Shown piece by piece: positions 1-11,719 of a stretch of 60,324 bases of DNA (position 1 is its first letter; each line of letters starts with the position of its first letter). The stretch spans positions 1 to 60,324 of the forward strand of contig ADNK01002627.1 of the NCBI GenBank assembly GCA_000320545.1, read 5' to 3'. The DNA is from Bigelowiella natans CCMP2755 (Eukaryota; Protista; Cercozoa). The notes beneath the pieces were generated by a model. It did not search any database, was not told where the DNA came from, and was given only the letters and a program-made list of their open reading frames with translations. A program made the translations under genes and the position numbers.

Positions 1-1869
1 GGTGTCGTTTACTAACCCTTGTATCTTGTCTGGTGTGGTGCTATTTATCCTGCTTAGGTTGGCCAAGGTGCGGTGGAGTCGCTCTACCTTGGAGTTGGAC
101 TGGGCATAGTATACAGGTGAGGCATCAATATTAGGGTGTGGTAGCTGTAGAAGAGAGGTCTCATTATCCACATGTAACTTCTTTGGTATCTTGTTTATGC
201 TAACTTCATCAGGGATAGCCTGGAGCTCAGACTCCCAGGTACGGTAGCAGTTAGTAAGCCTCTGCTTATATAAGCCTTTGTTCTTCTTAGCAACGTTGAC
301 CTTGATAATCTTTTTAACCCAGCACTTTCCAGTGGCCACATCAACGAAGGTAAGGTAGTGATAGCCATCGTACTTATAAACATCAATTTGCACGATATCT
401 AAGAAGTTCCTTGCTTTGATTTTCTTAGATGCACGGCTCTTGCTGGACTCCTTGGTGGCGACGCCTGCCGCCTTCAAGCTGGAGCACCTGCAGCCACGCA
501 GGTATGTCCTTATCTCTTTTAGCTTGTAGGGCCAGTAGTAATGGTAGAGTAGAGCAGTGATATGGTTTTCTCCTACGTGTGCAGGTCCATGGGCGGTAAA
601 GAGAAGGGCTCCCCTGGTCCGCCGTGGCACGTAGGTACGCCTAACATTATTAGTGTATACATATATCCTATCACTAAGTACCTCATGCTTGTGTTTGTAT
701 TTATCCAGGTGTTCTTGAAGGTGCTGGAGCTCCTCTGGCTCAGGCAGGAAGTCGCCGTCCTCGAAGGTAATCGCGTTAACCATAGGGGTGACCTGGGTAG
801 GGACTTTCTTTTCGAACAGCCTGCTGAAATAGTCAGCAAGCTGCTTGTCTCCTGGTGCGTAGACCACTGTCCTCTTGTCCCTAAACTCTTCCGTGTCCGC
901 CCTCATAGCTGCATACTCATCGTTAGGCGCTTCGAGCTTGCGGTCGATGCCTAGGAGGGGCTTGTGGTCAGTCATTAAGGTGAAGCTGGGCACCGACAGC
1001 AGGTAGTATCTTAGTTTCCTCTGCGCCTCAGTCATGGCTTTATACTCTCCTTTTGTAGGGCTGTACTTGGCCTCAGCTGCTGTGCAGGCCCTGCCCCACA
1101 CCCGTATGATCTGCTGGTCTTGGGTAAGTACAGCAGCCATACCTAGCTTAGACCAGTCTGTCCATAGGGTAGCTGGTCTAGTAGTGTCTAGCTTAGCATT
1201 CAATAGGGTGTTGCTGCATAACTTTATTAGGTTATCGAAGTGGGCATCAAGGCCAGCCTTGGCCCACACCTTAGCGAAGCTGAGGCCTACAGAGTTCTCC
1301 TTCCGGTAAGCAGTAGTAAAAGCAGCTGCAGTCCTAGCGTAGGTAGGGGAGAACCTACGTAGTATCCAAGCTGCAGTCTGCAAGAATGACTTTAACTCCT
1401 TTGCATTCTTAGGTTTAGGGGCTTGCTGTAGTGCTGCTACTTTCTCGGGGTTTGGGGTGATGCGGCCTTGCTCCAGGTAATATCCACACCACTTGATTCT
1501 TGTAGCTAGGAATGTACACTTCTGCAGTCTAATAGTAAAACCGAAGTGTGCAAACCTAATAAATATATTTTCCAGGAGGAAGATCTGAGCGACGACTGTG
1601 TTGGTACATATTATGTCATCATCCACATACACAAACACAAACACCCACAACACAGACGCCATCCCATCATGTGTGTATGCCCTGTAGTTCTGACTACTGA
1701 ACGCATCCCCTGATATGCTTAGGCCGTAAGGGAATACGACGAAGTGCCACTTCCTGTGCCTGCTGGAGAACGCGGTAATGGGGCGGGAGGTTTTGTGGAT
1801 GGGTGTCTGCATGTATGATTCATTTTTATCTAGGGAAGAGTAGTATTTGTATCCTATGACGTGTTCAAT
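1..1869 (-). CDS. pol: gypsy pol fragment: reverse transcriptase (N-terminally truncated), RNase H, integrase
   Basis: Manual translation gives IEHVIGYKYYSSLD...FPYGL...FVYVDDDII (RT YVDD), LWTDWSKLGMAAVL...EAKYSPTKGE...LMTDHKPL (RNase H), AHGPAHVG...YYWP...GCRC (integrase HHCC) and SNSKVERLHRTL (integrase core). Probably absent from the ORF track because it has no stop before the window edge. Confidence 0.93.
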   Translation of the reverse strand, partial: MEHVIGYKYYSSLDKNESYMQTPIHKTSRPITAFSSRHRKWHFVVFPYGLSISGDAFSSQNYRAYTHDGMASVLWVFVFVYVDDDIICTNTVVAQIFLLENIFIRFAHFGFTIRLQKCTFLATRIKWCGYYLEQGRITPNPEKVAALQQAPKPKNAKELKSFLQTAAWILRRFSPTYARTAAAFTTAYRKENSVGLSFAKVWAKAGLDAHFDNLIKLCSNTLLNAKLDTTRPATLWTDWSKLGMAAVLTQDQQIIRVWGRACTAAEAKYSPTKGEYKAMTEAQRKLRYYLLSVPSFTLMTDHKPLLGIDRKLEAPNDEYAAMRADTEEFRDKRTVVYAPGDKQLADYFSRLFEKKVPTQVTPMVNAITFEDGDFLPEPEELQHLQEHLDKYKHKHEVLSDRIYVYTNNVRRTYVPRRTRGALLFTAHGPAHVGENHITALLYHYYWPYKLKEIRTYLRGCRCSSLKAAGVATKESSKSRASKKIKARNFLDIVQIDVYKYDGYHYLTFVDVATGKCWVKKIIKVNVAKKNKGLYKQRLTNCYRTWESELQAIPDEVSINKIPKKLHVDNETSLLQLPHPNIDASPVYYAQSNSKVERLHRTLANLSRINSTTPDKIQGLVNDT

Positions 1870-2035
1870 AACCTTTGGCTTCCACACACGGGAAACGATT
1901 TGACTAACAATGTCACAGCAGCTAGAAGAACAGCAGGACTTTGGCTCGCAGGCCGTGCAAGGGCACGAGCAGAAACAGGAAAGGAAGGGCGATACGGACG
2001 CTAAGGAAGGAGGAGGAACACCTCCACAGGCACCG
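1870..2035 (+). repeat. 166-bp inverted repeat, copy 1 (leader, PBS and gag start)
   Basis: aacctttggcttccacacacgg...ccacaggcaccg is the reverse complement of 4045-4210. Both copies start an ORF with MSQQLEEQQDFG...PPQAP. Confidence 0.95.
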
Positions 2036-4543
2036 CCGGGACCAGCACCCGGGATTAAGAAAGCAGATGCAGCAGCAGAGGCACTGGAGAACTTCTACGA
2101 GGCGGACGACGAGGACGTGGCCGCCGAAAGCAAGAAGGTCGTAATGGCATTACGAGCCTTGCGACCCAGGGCGAGCAACTACGCCAAACTGAAAGTATCG
2201 ATAGAATACAAGTATCAGACACATGATGTTTGGGCAGCTATCATGCAGGACATCATGGATTACGAAGCAGACTTACCTCCAGAGTGGGCAGCTTTGTTTA
2301 GGAACGACGGGGGTCTGGGCGCCTCGCGGGGGACGACCCAGAGCACCGTCAAGCAGCAGCAGCCGGTACAGCGGAACACCCAGTTCATGTCTGTTAAAAC
2401 AGCACCGGTTATGATAACGAAATACAACGGGAAAAGAGGTGAGGCAAGGAGGTGGTGGAAGAACGCTAGGAGTATACTCTGCGACTTTACCCCTAACCCC
2501 ACCGAAAACGACAAGCTCAAATGGCTAGCTATAATAAAGCAAGCCATGGACCTTTACGAGACAGGCAGGACCCGGATCAGGCAGCTAGAGAAAATACACA
2601 CTACAGTTAGTGGGCTACGAGACGTTGAGGCGATAATGAAGGCTTTTGTAAATGAACAGGATGCTAACTCCCTACCCCAGGCTATTAGAAAATACAGAGC
2701 AATGATGCAGCATGAGAGAGAACCTGTTAGAGACTTTGCCACGCGCTTCCAGGATATGATCGACGAACTACATGATTTTAATTACAACACAGGTGATGAT
2801 CAGGCAAGGTTTGAAGAGTTCAAGTTAAAGATAAAGGAATCCACTTACGTTACGGAGAAAGGCTACACCACGATGGAGGCAGCAGTGCAGGCTATATCCC
2901 TACGCGAGCAGGAGCAGGACCGCAAGTTTACCAGCCCTAAGGTACCTGGCATAGGAAACATTAACGCTATTAAGCCGCAGCGAGACTGGTACAAGGACAG
3001 GGAAGGTAACCGACGTTGCGGATACTGCTCACGTAAAGGGAAACACACCGCTAAAGACTGCAGAGACAGGAAAGAAGGACGACCCAGGATGACGATCAGG
3101 CAGCTCAACGAACACTACGAGAAGTTAAAGAGAAAGAAAGGCAGAGGACAAGGATATAACAACAGCAAATGGCAAGGCAGCAACAACGGGAAGAACAATA
3201 AATATAAGAACAAAAAGCAGAACAGTATCAATGCTATACAGCAGCAGATAAACGGAATATTAGATCACCTTAAGCAGGCGCCGACGAAGACAGCAGTACC
3301 AGCAACGCAGGACCAAGACAAGCCCATGACCCTAGACGACATAAAGAACTTAGGAGTATGCAACATTAATGACGAAGACGCTAACAGGACTATCAAAGTT
3401 GCTATGACCAAGGTTAAAGTTAAAGACAGCTACGGAGACTACAAGAAACTACCTGCCCTTTGGGATAGTGGCAGCATGCCGAAGTCCTTCATAAGCCTAA
3501 GCACAGTAAGAAGGTTAGGACTATTGGATCAAGTGACTAAGAAAGAACGTAAATATGCTCAAGCAGACGGAAGCTCTTCCATGAAGACCGTCGGTGAGCT
3601 AATGCTAAAGCTACAGATACCTGGCAGCGACGCGGAGACCCAAATCAAGACCCGAGTAGCCATGACTTTATCCATGGAACTACTCCTCGGACAGGATGCC
3701 CTAGAAAAATTAGGGGGGATCATATCATTCTACAATCACAAGATATACTTTGCTAAGTTGCCAAAGAAGTCAGGCAGGACCATCAGCCAGAACATGATAC
3801 GGCTTGACGAGTGGACCTCTGAGTCAAGCGTTAATGCGTTAGAGTTTATGGACCTAGCGGACAACAAGCTACCTACACCTACCGAGCTACGGAAGAAGAA
3901 CCCCGGCAAGACCATCCGACAGATAACGGAGCTACTGGACAAGACCCCCCCAGCTGATGATTGGGATATCGACAAAGGCAAAAAGTACATTAATAAAATA
4001 TTAAACGAGAAGTACTCTGACATCACCAAGCCGACGACGAAGCCCGGTGCCTGTGGAGGTGTTCCTCCTCCTTCCTTAGCGTCCGTATCGCCCTTCCTTT
4101 CCTGTTTCTGCTCGTGCCCTTGCACGGCCTGCGAGCCAAAGTCCTGCTGTTCTTCTAGCTGCTGTGACATTGTTAGTCAAATCGTTTCCCGTGTGTGGAA
4201 GCCAAAGGTTGTTGCGCGTAAGGTGTTCACAGGCCGAGGCGCTACGTGCACAAGTAGGCAGGGGGGGGGAAAGGCACGTTTGCTTCCTTTTGAAGAGTTG
4301 TGTTTATTTTTATTAAAGATTATATTTTTATTAAATCGTGCACTGCGTAATCATTCGCGAAGCTTTCGCGAATGCCGCCGCACGTGGGGCAGCACACTTC
4401 CGGTGTGCTGCCATGAGTCCCGCCGGAACCCACGTGCCTATGCTGTATTAATATCTACGTTATCTATATTCTATATCCGCGACAACCCCTTTGTTGTCGC
4501 ACGTGACTTGTGCCCGCGTAGTGGTACGCGCTACAACTGCTAG
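1910..4543 (+). CDS. gag: gypsy gag-protease (true homology ends ~4045), reading through into antisense gag start and antisense LTR; chimeric 877-aa ORF
   Basis: Zinc knuckle CGYCSRKGKHTAKDC and aspartic protease ALWDSGS...LLGQDAL. The last ~165 aa translate the reverse complement of 1870-2035 and of the LTR. Confidence 0.9.
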   Translation: MSQQLEEQQDFGSQAVQGHEQKQERKGDTDAKEGGGTPPQAPPGPAPGIKKADAAAEALENFYEADDEDVAAESKKVVMALRALRPRASNYAKLKVSIEYKYQTHDVWAAIMQDIMDYEADLPPEWAALFRNDGGLGASRGTTQSTVKQQQPVQRNTQFMSVKTAPVMITKYNGKRGEARRWWKNARSILCDFTPNPTENDKLKWLAIIKQAMDLYETGRTRIRQLEKIHTTVSGLRDVEAIMKAFVNEQDANSLPQAIRKYRAMMQHEREPVRDFATRFQDMIDELHDFNYNTGDDQARFEEFKLKIKESTYVTEKGYTTMEAAVQAISLREQEQDRKFTSPKVPGIGNINAIKPQRDWYKDREGNRRCGYCSRKGKHTAKDCRDRKEGRPRMTIRQLNEHYEKLKRKKGRGQGYNNSKWQGSNNGKNNKYKNKKQNSINAIQQQINGILDHLKQAPTKTAVPATQDQDKPMTLDDIKNLGVCNINDEDANRTIKVAMTKVKVKDSYGDYKKLPALWDSGSMPKSFISLSTVRRLGLLDQVTKKERKYAQADGSSSMKTVGELMLKLQIPGSDAETQIKTRVAMTLSMELLLGQDALEKLGGIISFYNHKIYFAKLPKKSGRTISQNMIRLDEWTSESSVNALEFMDLADNKLPTPTELRKKNPGKTIRQITELLDKTPPADDWDIDKGKKYINKILNEKYSDITKPTTKPGACGGVPPPSLASVSPFLSCFCSCPCTACEPKSCCSSSCCDIVSQIVSRVWKPKVVARKVFTGRGATCTSRQGGGKARLLPFEELCLFLLKIIFLLNRALRNHSRSFRECRRTWGSTLPVCCHESRRNPRAYAVLISTLSIFYIRDNPFVVARDLCPRSGTRYNC
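4045..4210 (-). repeat. 166-bp inverted repeat, copy 2, adjoining the LTR; contains putative PBS (TGGCTTCCACACACGGGA)
   Basis: Reverse complement of 1870-2035. A TGG-starting tract follows the LTR end and resembles the complement of a tRNA 3' end (Glu/Asp-like, inferred). Confidence 0.9.
4210..4535 (-). repeat. 5' LTR (326 bp, TGT...ACA)
   Basis: Reverse complement of 54943-55268, with termini tgtagcgcg...cgcgcaaca. Confidence 0.95.
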
Positions 4544-5800
4544 ACTGGACAAACACGTGCATCACGTGCTGGCGTGCATGGCTGTGTGCACCCAACTAGT
4601 CAACTAGTAGCCAAGCTAGCAAGTCGTTGACGAAGTACTTCAATGAACTGCGCACGTCAAAACATGACATGCCAGCGTGAGCCACTCCAACACTGCGAAA
4701 CCAAAGCTAGCAAAGCCGTGTGATGATCGAAAATCGCAGTGTTGTGTGCTTGCAGGGCACACTGGCACAGTTCAGTTGTCACCAACCTTCAGGCTGCAGC
4801 GTGCTCTAGTGCACCACAACGCACTGTCGTGAATGAACACCTTGGGAATGCGCTCCAGCTGTGACCGGGTGACGCAATGACGCACGCACACTGCCTTCAT
4901 TGGATCAGCTAGTCAGCTTACACGTTCTGTGCACAACCAGACAACGGAGCCGCCATTTTGACGAACAAGTGCTGCACGCATGCTAGCATGCACGCATGGT
5001 GAACAGTGACCAACTGTCTGGCTAGCACATGGCCTTTGTCATCAGTTCCTGAAGCAGTTCAATCGTGTTATCTGCACGTGCACTAGTACAGGCATGCATG
5101 TGATCTCGCTGATCACTCCACTGTGTGATGAGTGACTGAAACATCATTCAGTCCTGAGATGTCTGCGTGCTGGTCATGAAGAAATGTTCCACGTATCAAC
5201 GACCAAAACACATTGCAAGCATCACTCATCATCGTGCTCCATGACTACCAAAGCATTGTTGGAGATGAGTGGCAGCTGAGATTTTCTCTTCTTTCGGACA
5301 TCAGTGCGAAGATCACTTGCAGCTATGGTTGCGGAGATTCGATGCGAAACTGTTGAAAACATCAAATGTGTGCACTTTAGAAAAGAACACTGACCGACTT
5401 TCGAAAAGAAAAGACAATGATTTTAATTGAAGCGAAGAAAAATCAAATTAGCTAGCTACACAATGAGCATGTCATCAAGTGAAACGCGATCCATGGAAAA
5501 CAGCTCCAGATGTGCGATGCTGCAAAACGCCTGTGTCAGGCGTGCAGAAATGACCACATAAGGAAAGAAATCTTGTGCAAAATGCTCGCCATTCTAAAAA
5601 ATTGCGCTTACAAAGTGCTCGTATCGTCAACAAGTTGCTGGTGTAATTCATTTGAGGACTCGTCGCTCCTGCTGTAGCATCATGTCTTTCACTCTTTTGA
5701 TCCACAATCTCATTTGTCTTCGTGCTCTTCTTCTTTTTACTTCTCGAAACTGAAAATGACCCGCGGCGTTTCACCTAACAGAAACGAGACATTCCTGAAT
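4540..5800. other. TpA-depleted, TG/CA-rich island
   Basis: Few TA dinucleotides, many of them in CTAG; abundant TGCA/CATG; CpG retained. Confidence 0.75.
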
Positions 5801-5967
5801 AAATCCATATTTTTAATGCAAAAACTAGAAGCTCATATAATACATTTTCCACATGTTGTGACATTCACAACTGAATGCTGAACTTACAGTTTTTGTAGCA
5901 TCAACATTAAGCCATTTAAAGTAAGGCGCTTTTCCAGGATAGCTAACACAGATAACATCCACAATTG

Positions 5968-8249
5968 TTAGTAAGTGCCAGCTTCAAAGAAAATATCATT
6001 TAAAGACCGCAAACTGTCATCCTGTAACAACTCACATTTAATTCTGCCTAATGTTAGGGCATAAACTTGCAAAATCTGCCTACGCTCACTGCGACTATCA
6101 ACCACTACTGACGTTGATTTTATCTTGATATAAAAGACGAGATAAGCCACGAGGATGATACATCCAATATTCAGCATGGTAAGGCCTTAAACAGAAGAGA
6201 GGAAGAAGAGAGAGAGACCAACAATAGTAATAAGGCATAATAACGAAAGACGGAGAAAAATGCGAAAAAGTGTGGATCATGGATAGAAATAGAATTCAAA
6301 TATGGGATGTTCCCCAAGCTTTCTTCTTCATATTCCTCCTGCACAGCGATCTGCACACTTACCGAGACTGATAGCTCCTAGTCGTATGAAGTATCTTGCG
6401 TCGACAGAAGGCTTGATGCCACCTGAGGAGGGCAGTACTAGTCTCTCCCCGAACGCGGCATAGGCCCTGTTTGGCAATATCCACATGGGTTTTTTATGAA
6501 GTAAAAAAATGTAACTGCTCGAAGGTCTCTCCGAATCGACTTAACAAAATTATTCACACAACACACATATTACCAGCACATCCCGCAGTTAACTGCCGGG
6601 GGTAGCAGCGAAGCAGAAATAGCCACTCCCACGAGCGATGCGACGTTGTTTGATATCATACCCCAAGCTACGCCGAGGCCTGCCGTGTTGTGCCACTATC
6701 ATCATCTCAAAACTCAAAACAAAACGTGAGAATGTAGAGCAGAGAAAACATCAACAAATATTCCACAAACCAGACGGAATCGCGATGCCTAGGCCAATAA
6801 ATAAGCCATTTATGTGCCCACGACTGACAACAATCATTCGAATATGTTCTTTAAATATTTTCGGAGGAAAAACATAAGGGAAAAGGCGAAATATACACGC
6901 AGTGCAGTTGAGGAAAATCCCCTTCAGCCTTGAGTAACAACAACATCAGGCATTGTATCATAAGGGGGGCGGGGTTCGATGAGTTTCACGTAATAACGAT
7001 TTAATTCTACGTAGTCATTCAATTCATGGACATTGCAGCGACGAGATAGGCAAAATCCAAAACCTACCCTTCCATTTCTAAGTTTGGCCAATTCAAACGG
7101 TCTCCCCATGGAGAAAATATGATGCCCACAACAAAACCGCAGAGGATACAAATCACCTGCAATATGCCGCAGCATCAACAAACGCCACAAAGCGCTTTTG
7201 AAGATGGAAAAAATAATGTCTATTTCCAGGTAAAGTTCTTATTATTTATTCATATTCTCTCTCAGCTTCCTGGGCATGCCTGACATCTTCTACTGCGAGT
7301 CGGCGTTTATTTGTGCATGCGTGTGCGTGCGCGTGTGCATATCTTCTCGTACTAAAGCGATAATCTCTGCGAATACGGCTGGTAGAAGGAGATCTCGGAA
7401 CATTCTGAGTTTCAGTCTGATGTATGCGAAAACGATAGATAATCGCCGTAAGCTCTACATATGCAATGTGCAGAAACGAAAAGCTAAAGAATGTGCTAGC
7501 AAGCTATTACAGGGAAATTTTTATCATAAATGCAATCTCATTCGCAAAATCTCACACACAAAGCTGCAGCTGTATCGTCTATCTCCTCCACGAAGCAAGT
7601 GCAAATCAGCTTCCTCATCTCTCGAAACGGAAAAAATATGTGATTGCTACAGTTGCTTGTTACTACCCGAAAGTTATTGCTAAGATCGGGCCCATCAGCG
7701 GTGAAACCTACGACAAATAGTAGCAATATATCGTTATGTTTGAAAATCAAGATTGTCGTTTATACACGAATTCGCAATTATATAAGTGCTTTTCTGTGTG
7801 TGTGTGTGTGTGTCTGAACTTATCTCTCACTATTACCAGCATGGACGCGACAATAACAACCGTGTTGTCCGCCGCTAGCGCCACGCCTAACAATCGTAAC
7901 AACACTCAATGATACTTGAATAACAACAAAGTACATTTGCAGAGGATAGAAACAGAAGAGTAAAAATGAATCTATATCTCAGTAGCTCGTAGAAGGCAGC
8001 GGAAACACCACAAATTTGGTTCCCCCCCCTCTCCTTGTTCTCCCCTCTACTCCTGCACAATCCAAAACAGTTTCTGCAATTTGGATATTTCCTCCTCCTC
8101 CCGTTATATTTGCTGCTTCTTTCGGTAAAGGTTACCAGCTAAGAGACTCGCCAGGACGGTGAGGAGAATGTAATCGATAGTTAGAAGAGACCCTCCGCGA
8201 ATATCTTCATATACCTGCTCGTTGAGAGGGCAGTTGCAAAGATGTGTGC

Positions 8250-8285
<36 letters not shown>

Positions 8286-9201
8286 GTGTAAAGAAAATAC
8301 ATTATGTATGTTTGTGTGAGTGCGAGTGAGTGTGTGAGTGTGTGTGTGTGTGTGTGTGGTCAAAAACAATGCAAACGCTGATGTCGCAGCCAAACCGATG
8401 TCCTACTATTTGAACTTCCCCTCTCACACACCCTCTTTGCACAGTGCGACAGCTATTGCTCTCATTACGGACAAAACGGTGATTTCGCCAAGGCAGAACA
8501 TCTATCGAAAAGGCTGAGGGATTTGCCAAGAGTCACCATGCCGGCCACAATGGATGATGGTTGGGTAGACCAACTAATAGGAATGCCTCTATTTACATAC
8601 CCTGTCACCGACAAGGCCCATATCAATCGCGCCAGTATCCATGCTGCTCATCGTCTCTGCTGCGTCTTCTGCGGCACTATCCTCTGGTGCTATCGGTACG
8701 ATGGACGGGTCAAGAGCATGGCGAACCTAAGGAGGAAATGACGCATAAATGATGCAAGGAGAAGGAAGGCGGTGTAAAAAGGATATAATCACTATTTCCT
8801 CATGTGTTATATTGAGAGGATGGTGGAGTGGACAACACTCAACAAGCACGGAAGTTTCATACGACGAGTGGGATCATCACTTTCGTCATCGTCGTCATCG
8901 TTATCCTCTCTACTACCGTTTTTCCCTCCTGCATCTTCTTCTCCAGGCTGAGCGCTGGCAGAGAACAACAATAGAAACAACAACCACAAGGCTATTACTA
9001 AGGCCAACCGACCGAAGGCGTCTGAAGCTACTACTACGCGAAGATAAAGCACCATCGTCAAAACCCGCCTTCCCTCTCCCATTACTACTTAAAAAAAGGA
9101 ACATACATATCGTCTTAAAGGGGCTAAGAAGTGCTCAGTGCGCTTCATTTCTCTCTCCATCGCCATTCCCTGCGATTGCTTTTCTACCATCTCTACTCTG
9201 G

Positions 9202-9236
<35 letters not shown>

Positions 9237-11279
9237 CTTATTGTCGGTGAAAAGTCCATGAAAGTCAGGCGCTCTGTAGCTGAGGACACATGGCGCTAAA
9301 TGCACGTTTCCGAACCTAATAAACATGTTGTTATAGTGCGTTGCAGTCGCTGCTGCTGTTTTTGCTGCGAATGCGGCCGCGGGTGCGCGCGCGCGCAAGT
9401 GCATTATCATACATGGATAAAACGAGGATATCACCATCGTCATCGTCATCATCATCATTATTGAGTCGTATTTATACCGTATTCCTACGCCTCTCTTCGT
9501 CAAGTAGTCCATCACTTTGTCGCATTTGGAATAAGAATCAACAACAAACGTGATCTGGTAGTCCTCCTTCGAGCTGATCTGATATATCACCGTGTGTTTG
9601 TTGTTGGAGGAGTGAGATAGTAGCCGCTGCGGAGGATGCTATATGTCGTTGCTAGCCATTCTATCCGACATCGAGATTAAACGACTCGTCAAGGCAGATT
9701 TCCGACTTCATTCATGTGGCGGCTCGCAATCGCGTGGGGAGGAGGCCAAAGTAAACAAACCTTATAAATGACTGTGGATGCTTTTGCAATTCCAAGACTA
9801 CCGACACTTCCTCCCCCAGTGCTTAGCCCACCCGCAGAAGAGGTGCTATCCCCCCCCCCTCCTCCTATCACGCTCGCTCCTGTTGCACTCTGGTTGTCCG
9901 AAGAGGCAAGCTTTGTTTTCAGCTCTCTATAGATTATAAGAATAAACGTCGTAGATGAATATAGGAAAGCAGACTAAGCAGCGATGTACACCTGTATAAA
10001 TACTTATAGAACCTGACGAATCAACAGCACCCCTTCATGCACGACAGCATCCTTATCACCAGCATCATCATCAACATCATCACGATCATGGTAGTGATCA
10101 TAGTCATGGCCCTGCCTGGAAAAACAACTTACGAGATGACTTTTTCCGATATATCCACCAGTTGTCCAGCCCCATCCTAAAAGAGGGAGAAAAAAGAAGA
10201 CAGTGTTATCCAAGTGCATATCAAATCATAGCAGCCAGCACAGCAATCGATACGGGGACATTGCATTCAGGCTGAAGGGCCAATGTGGGTTGTTCGCATG
10301 CTGCGCAAGAACTACTCCTCCCTTATAGTCGACCCATCTAAGAACGTTTGCTAGGCCAGTGCTCGCACCTTCTTGTCCTCTTTGAAGTCAAAATCCACTC
10401 TCTAGTGATAGCGAAAACGCCGATAAGCAGACAGGGAAAATGAAAGACAGAGGGAGAGGAAACAGTTAGGAGGAGGTTGATAAGTCTTCTTGGCAAAAAT
10501 CAAGGAAAAACGAGTTTGGGACCTTCTTCACATCAGGAGAATCGATCTTTACCCGAACTACGTGCCTACCGTCGTAGGACAAACGGAGAGCAGCGTGGTG
10601 TGTTTGCATTGGAACAAGCACGCATGCTCTATTACTACTAGACAACGGAGAGCGCTTGCCAAAAGTATGGTCGGTTTAACTTACATTGCTTTGGATTCAA
10701 GTGATGACGAAGTAGAGTGGTGAGGATGGTGATGAGAACCACCATTAGAGAGCTCCAATGTCAGATTCGGTGAATCTGCATCAAATGGCGGGATTATTCA
10801 ATCGAATAGTTGGCTGCGTTGGATGTGTATTAAGTTGCACTTGTTTTCAGGTATTATTGATTTTATTACGTCGAGCGGTTGAGGATGACGACGCCACAGA
10901 TATTTGTGACGATGGGGTATCTATTCGATTGCCTACGCCTGGATCTGTGTAGGTAGCACAGACGCATCAATCCAACAGAGAGACTTAGCATGCACATATC
11001 TCCACACGTCCTCAGCGAACATCAAGTGATAGCGGTAGTAGTATTATTTTGGCTTTGCAACGAAGCACATGTTAAATTTTCCTAAATCATATAAAAACGA
11101 ACGTACGCAATAAAGCAGAGGCCTTCTGCACCACTTGCCTGAAGGGTTAGAGAGATATGCATTGTCAATCGGCTTAACTTAAGCTTACAAACTCGTTATT
11201 ACTCAAGCCGATTAAAAGCGATGTTCTTGGGGATTTTCTTCGGGAGAGTTATAACAAAGTATGTTGCCGAGAAGGACAT
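5968..11279 (-). CDS. DUF389-family multi-pass membrane protein, multi-exon (5' end uncertain)
   Basis: Minus-strand exons translate to QVYEDIRGGSLLTIDYILLTVLASLLAG (~8150-8220), VALAADNTVVIVASML (~7840-7890), VSPLMGPILAITFG (~7670-7710), GLFIGLGIAIPSG, VASLVGVAISASLLPPAVNCG (~6580-6660) and LNIGCIILVAYLVF. Stop at 5968. Confidence 0.8.
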
Positions 11280-11719
11280 CGCCGCAAGGTTGAGGCCAGC
11301 CAGGGCGTGGAGCTGCCCCACCCCTCGTTTGCACGTATCAAGCGAAGCGACGCTGGTTTCTACCGGTAGTACGACCGTAAGAAAACTAAAAACGCAATTC
11401 ATTTCGGTTAAAAGACAACAAATATTTCCTTGTCGCTCTCTGTAAATTCCATATTTTTTTTTTTTTTCCCTACAGTTTCGAGTCGAAAACTGAGAGCACA
11501 AGACCAGTTTCCGCTAGGCCGATGGATGGCGTTTTGGTATTGCGACAAGGTATTTTTGCTCTAGAAATACTTTCAACGCGGTCAAAACTAGCTCATTCAA
11601 ATATTTAAACACGTTAGTTCCGGGATTGAGTTTTTTCCTTGATTTTTGATAAATTTGAGGGCAAAACTTACAAAATTTCACTAAAATCGTCAATTCCATA
11701 CACTCAAACGCCACGACGA

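Larger units (their letters stand above)
1..4535 (-). mobile_element. Ty3/gypsy LTR retrotransposon, internally rearranged; runs off the left window edge
   Basis: 5' LTR at 4210-4535, putative PBS, gag with zinc knuckle, protease DSG motif, and RT-RNaseH-integrase in gypsy order on the minus strand. The gag-pro block lies inverted on the plus strand. Confidence 0.95.

Noticed and set aside
3736-4170. 144-aa minus ORF as a separate gene
   Set aside because: It is the gag start running into antisense protease sequence at the rearrangement junction.
1910-4543. 877-aa ORF as a genuine gag protein with a novel Cys-rich C-terminal domain
   Set aside because: The Cys-rich tail is the antisense translation of the duplicated gag start and LTR.
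10270-10960. Possible TAG reassignment (exon-like frames with TAG stops; also TAG at the RGS end, 55707)
   Set aside because: Well-conserved genes (AKR, photolyase, pol) show no in-frame TAG/TAA. Unresolved splicing or 5' decay is the simpler explanation.
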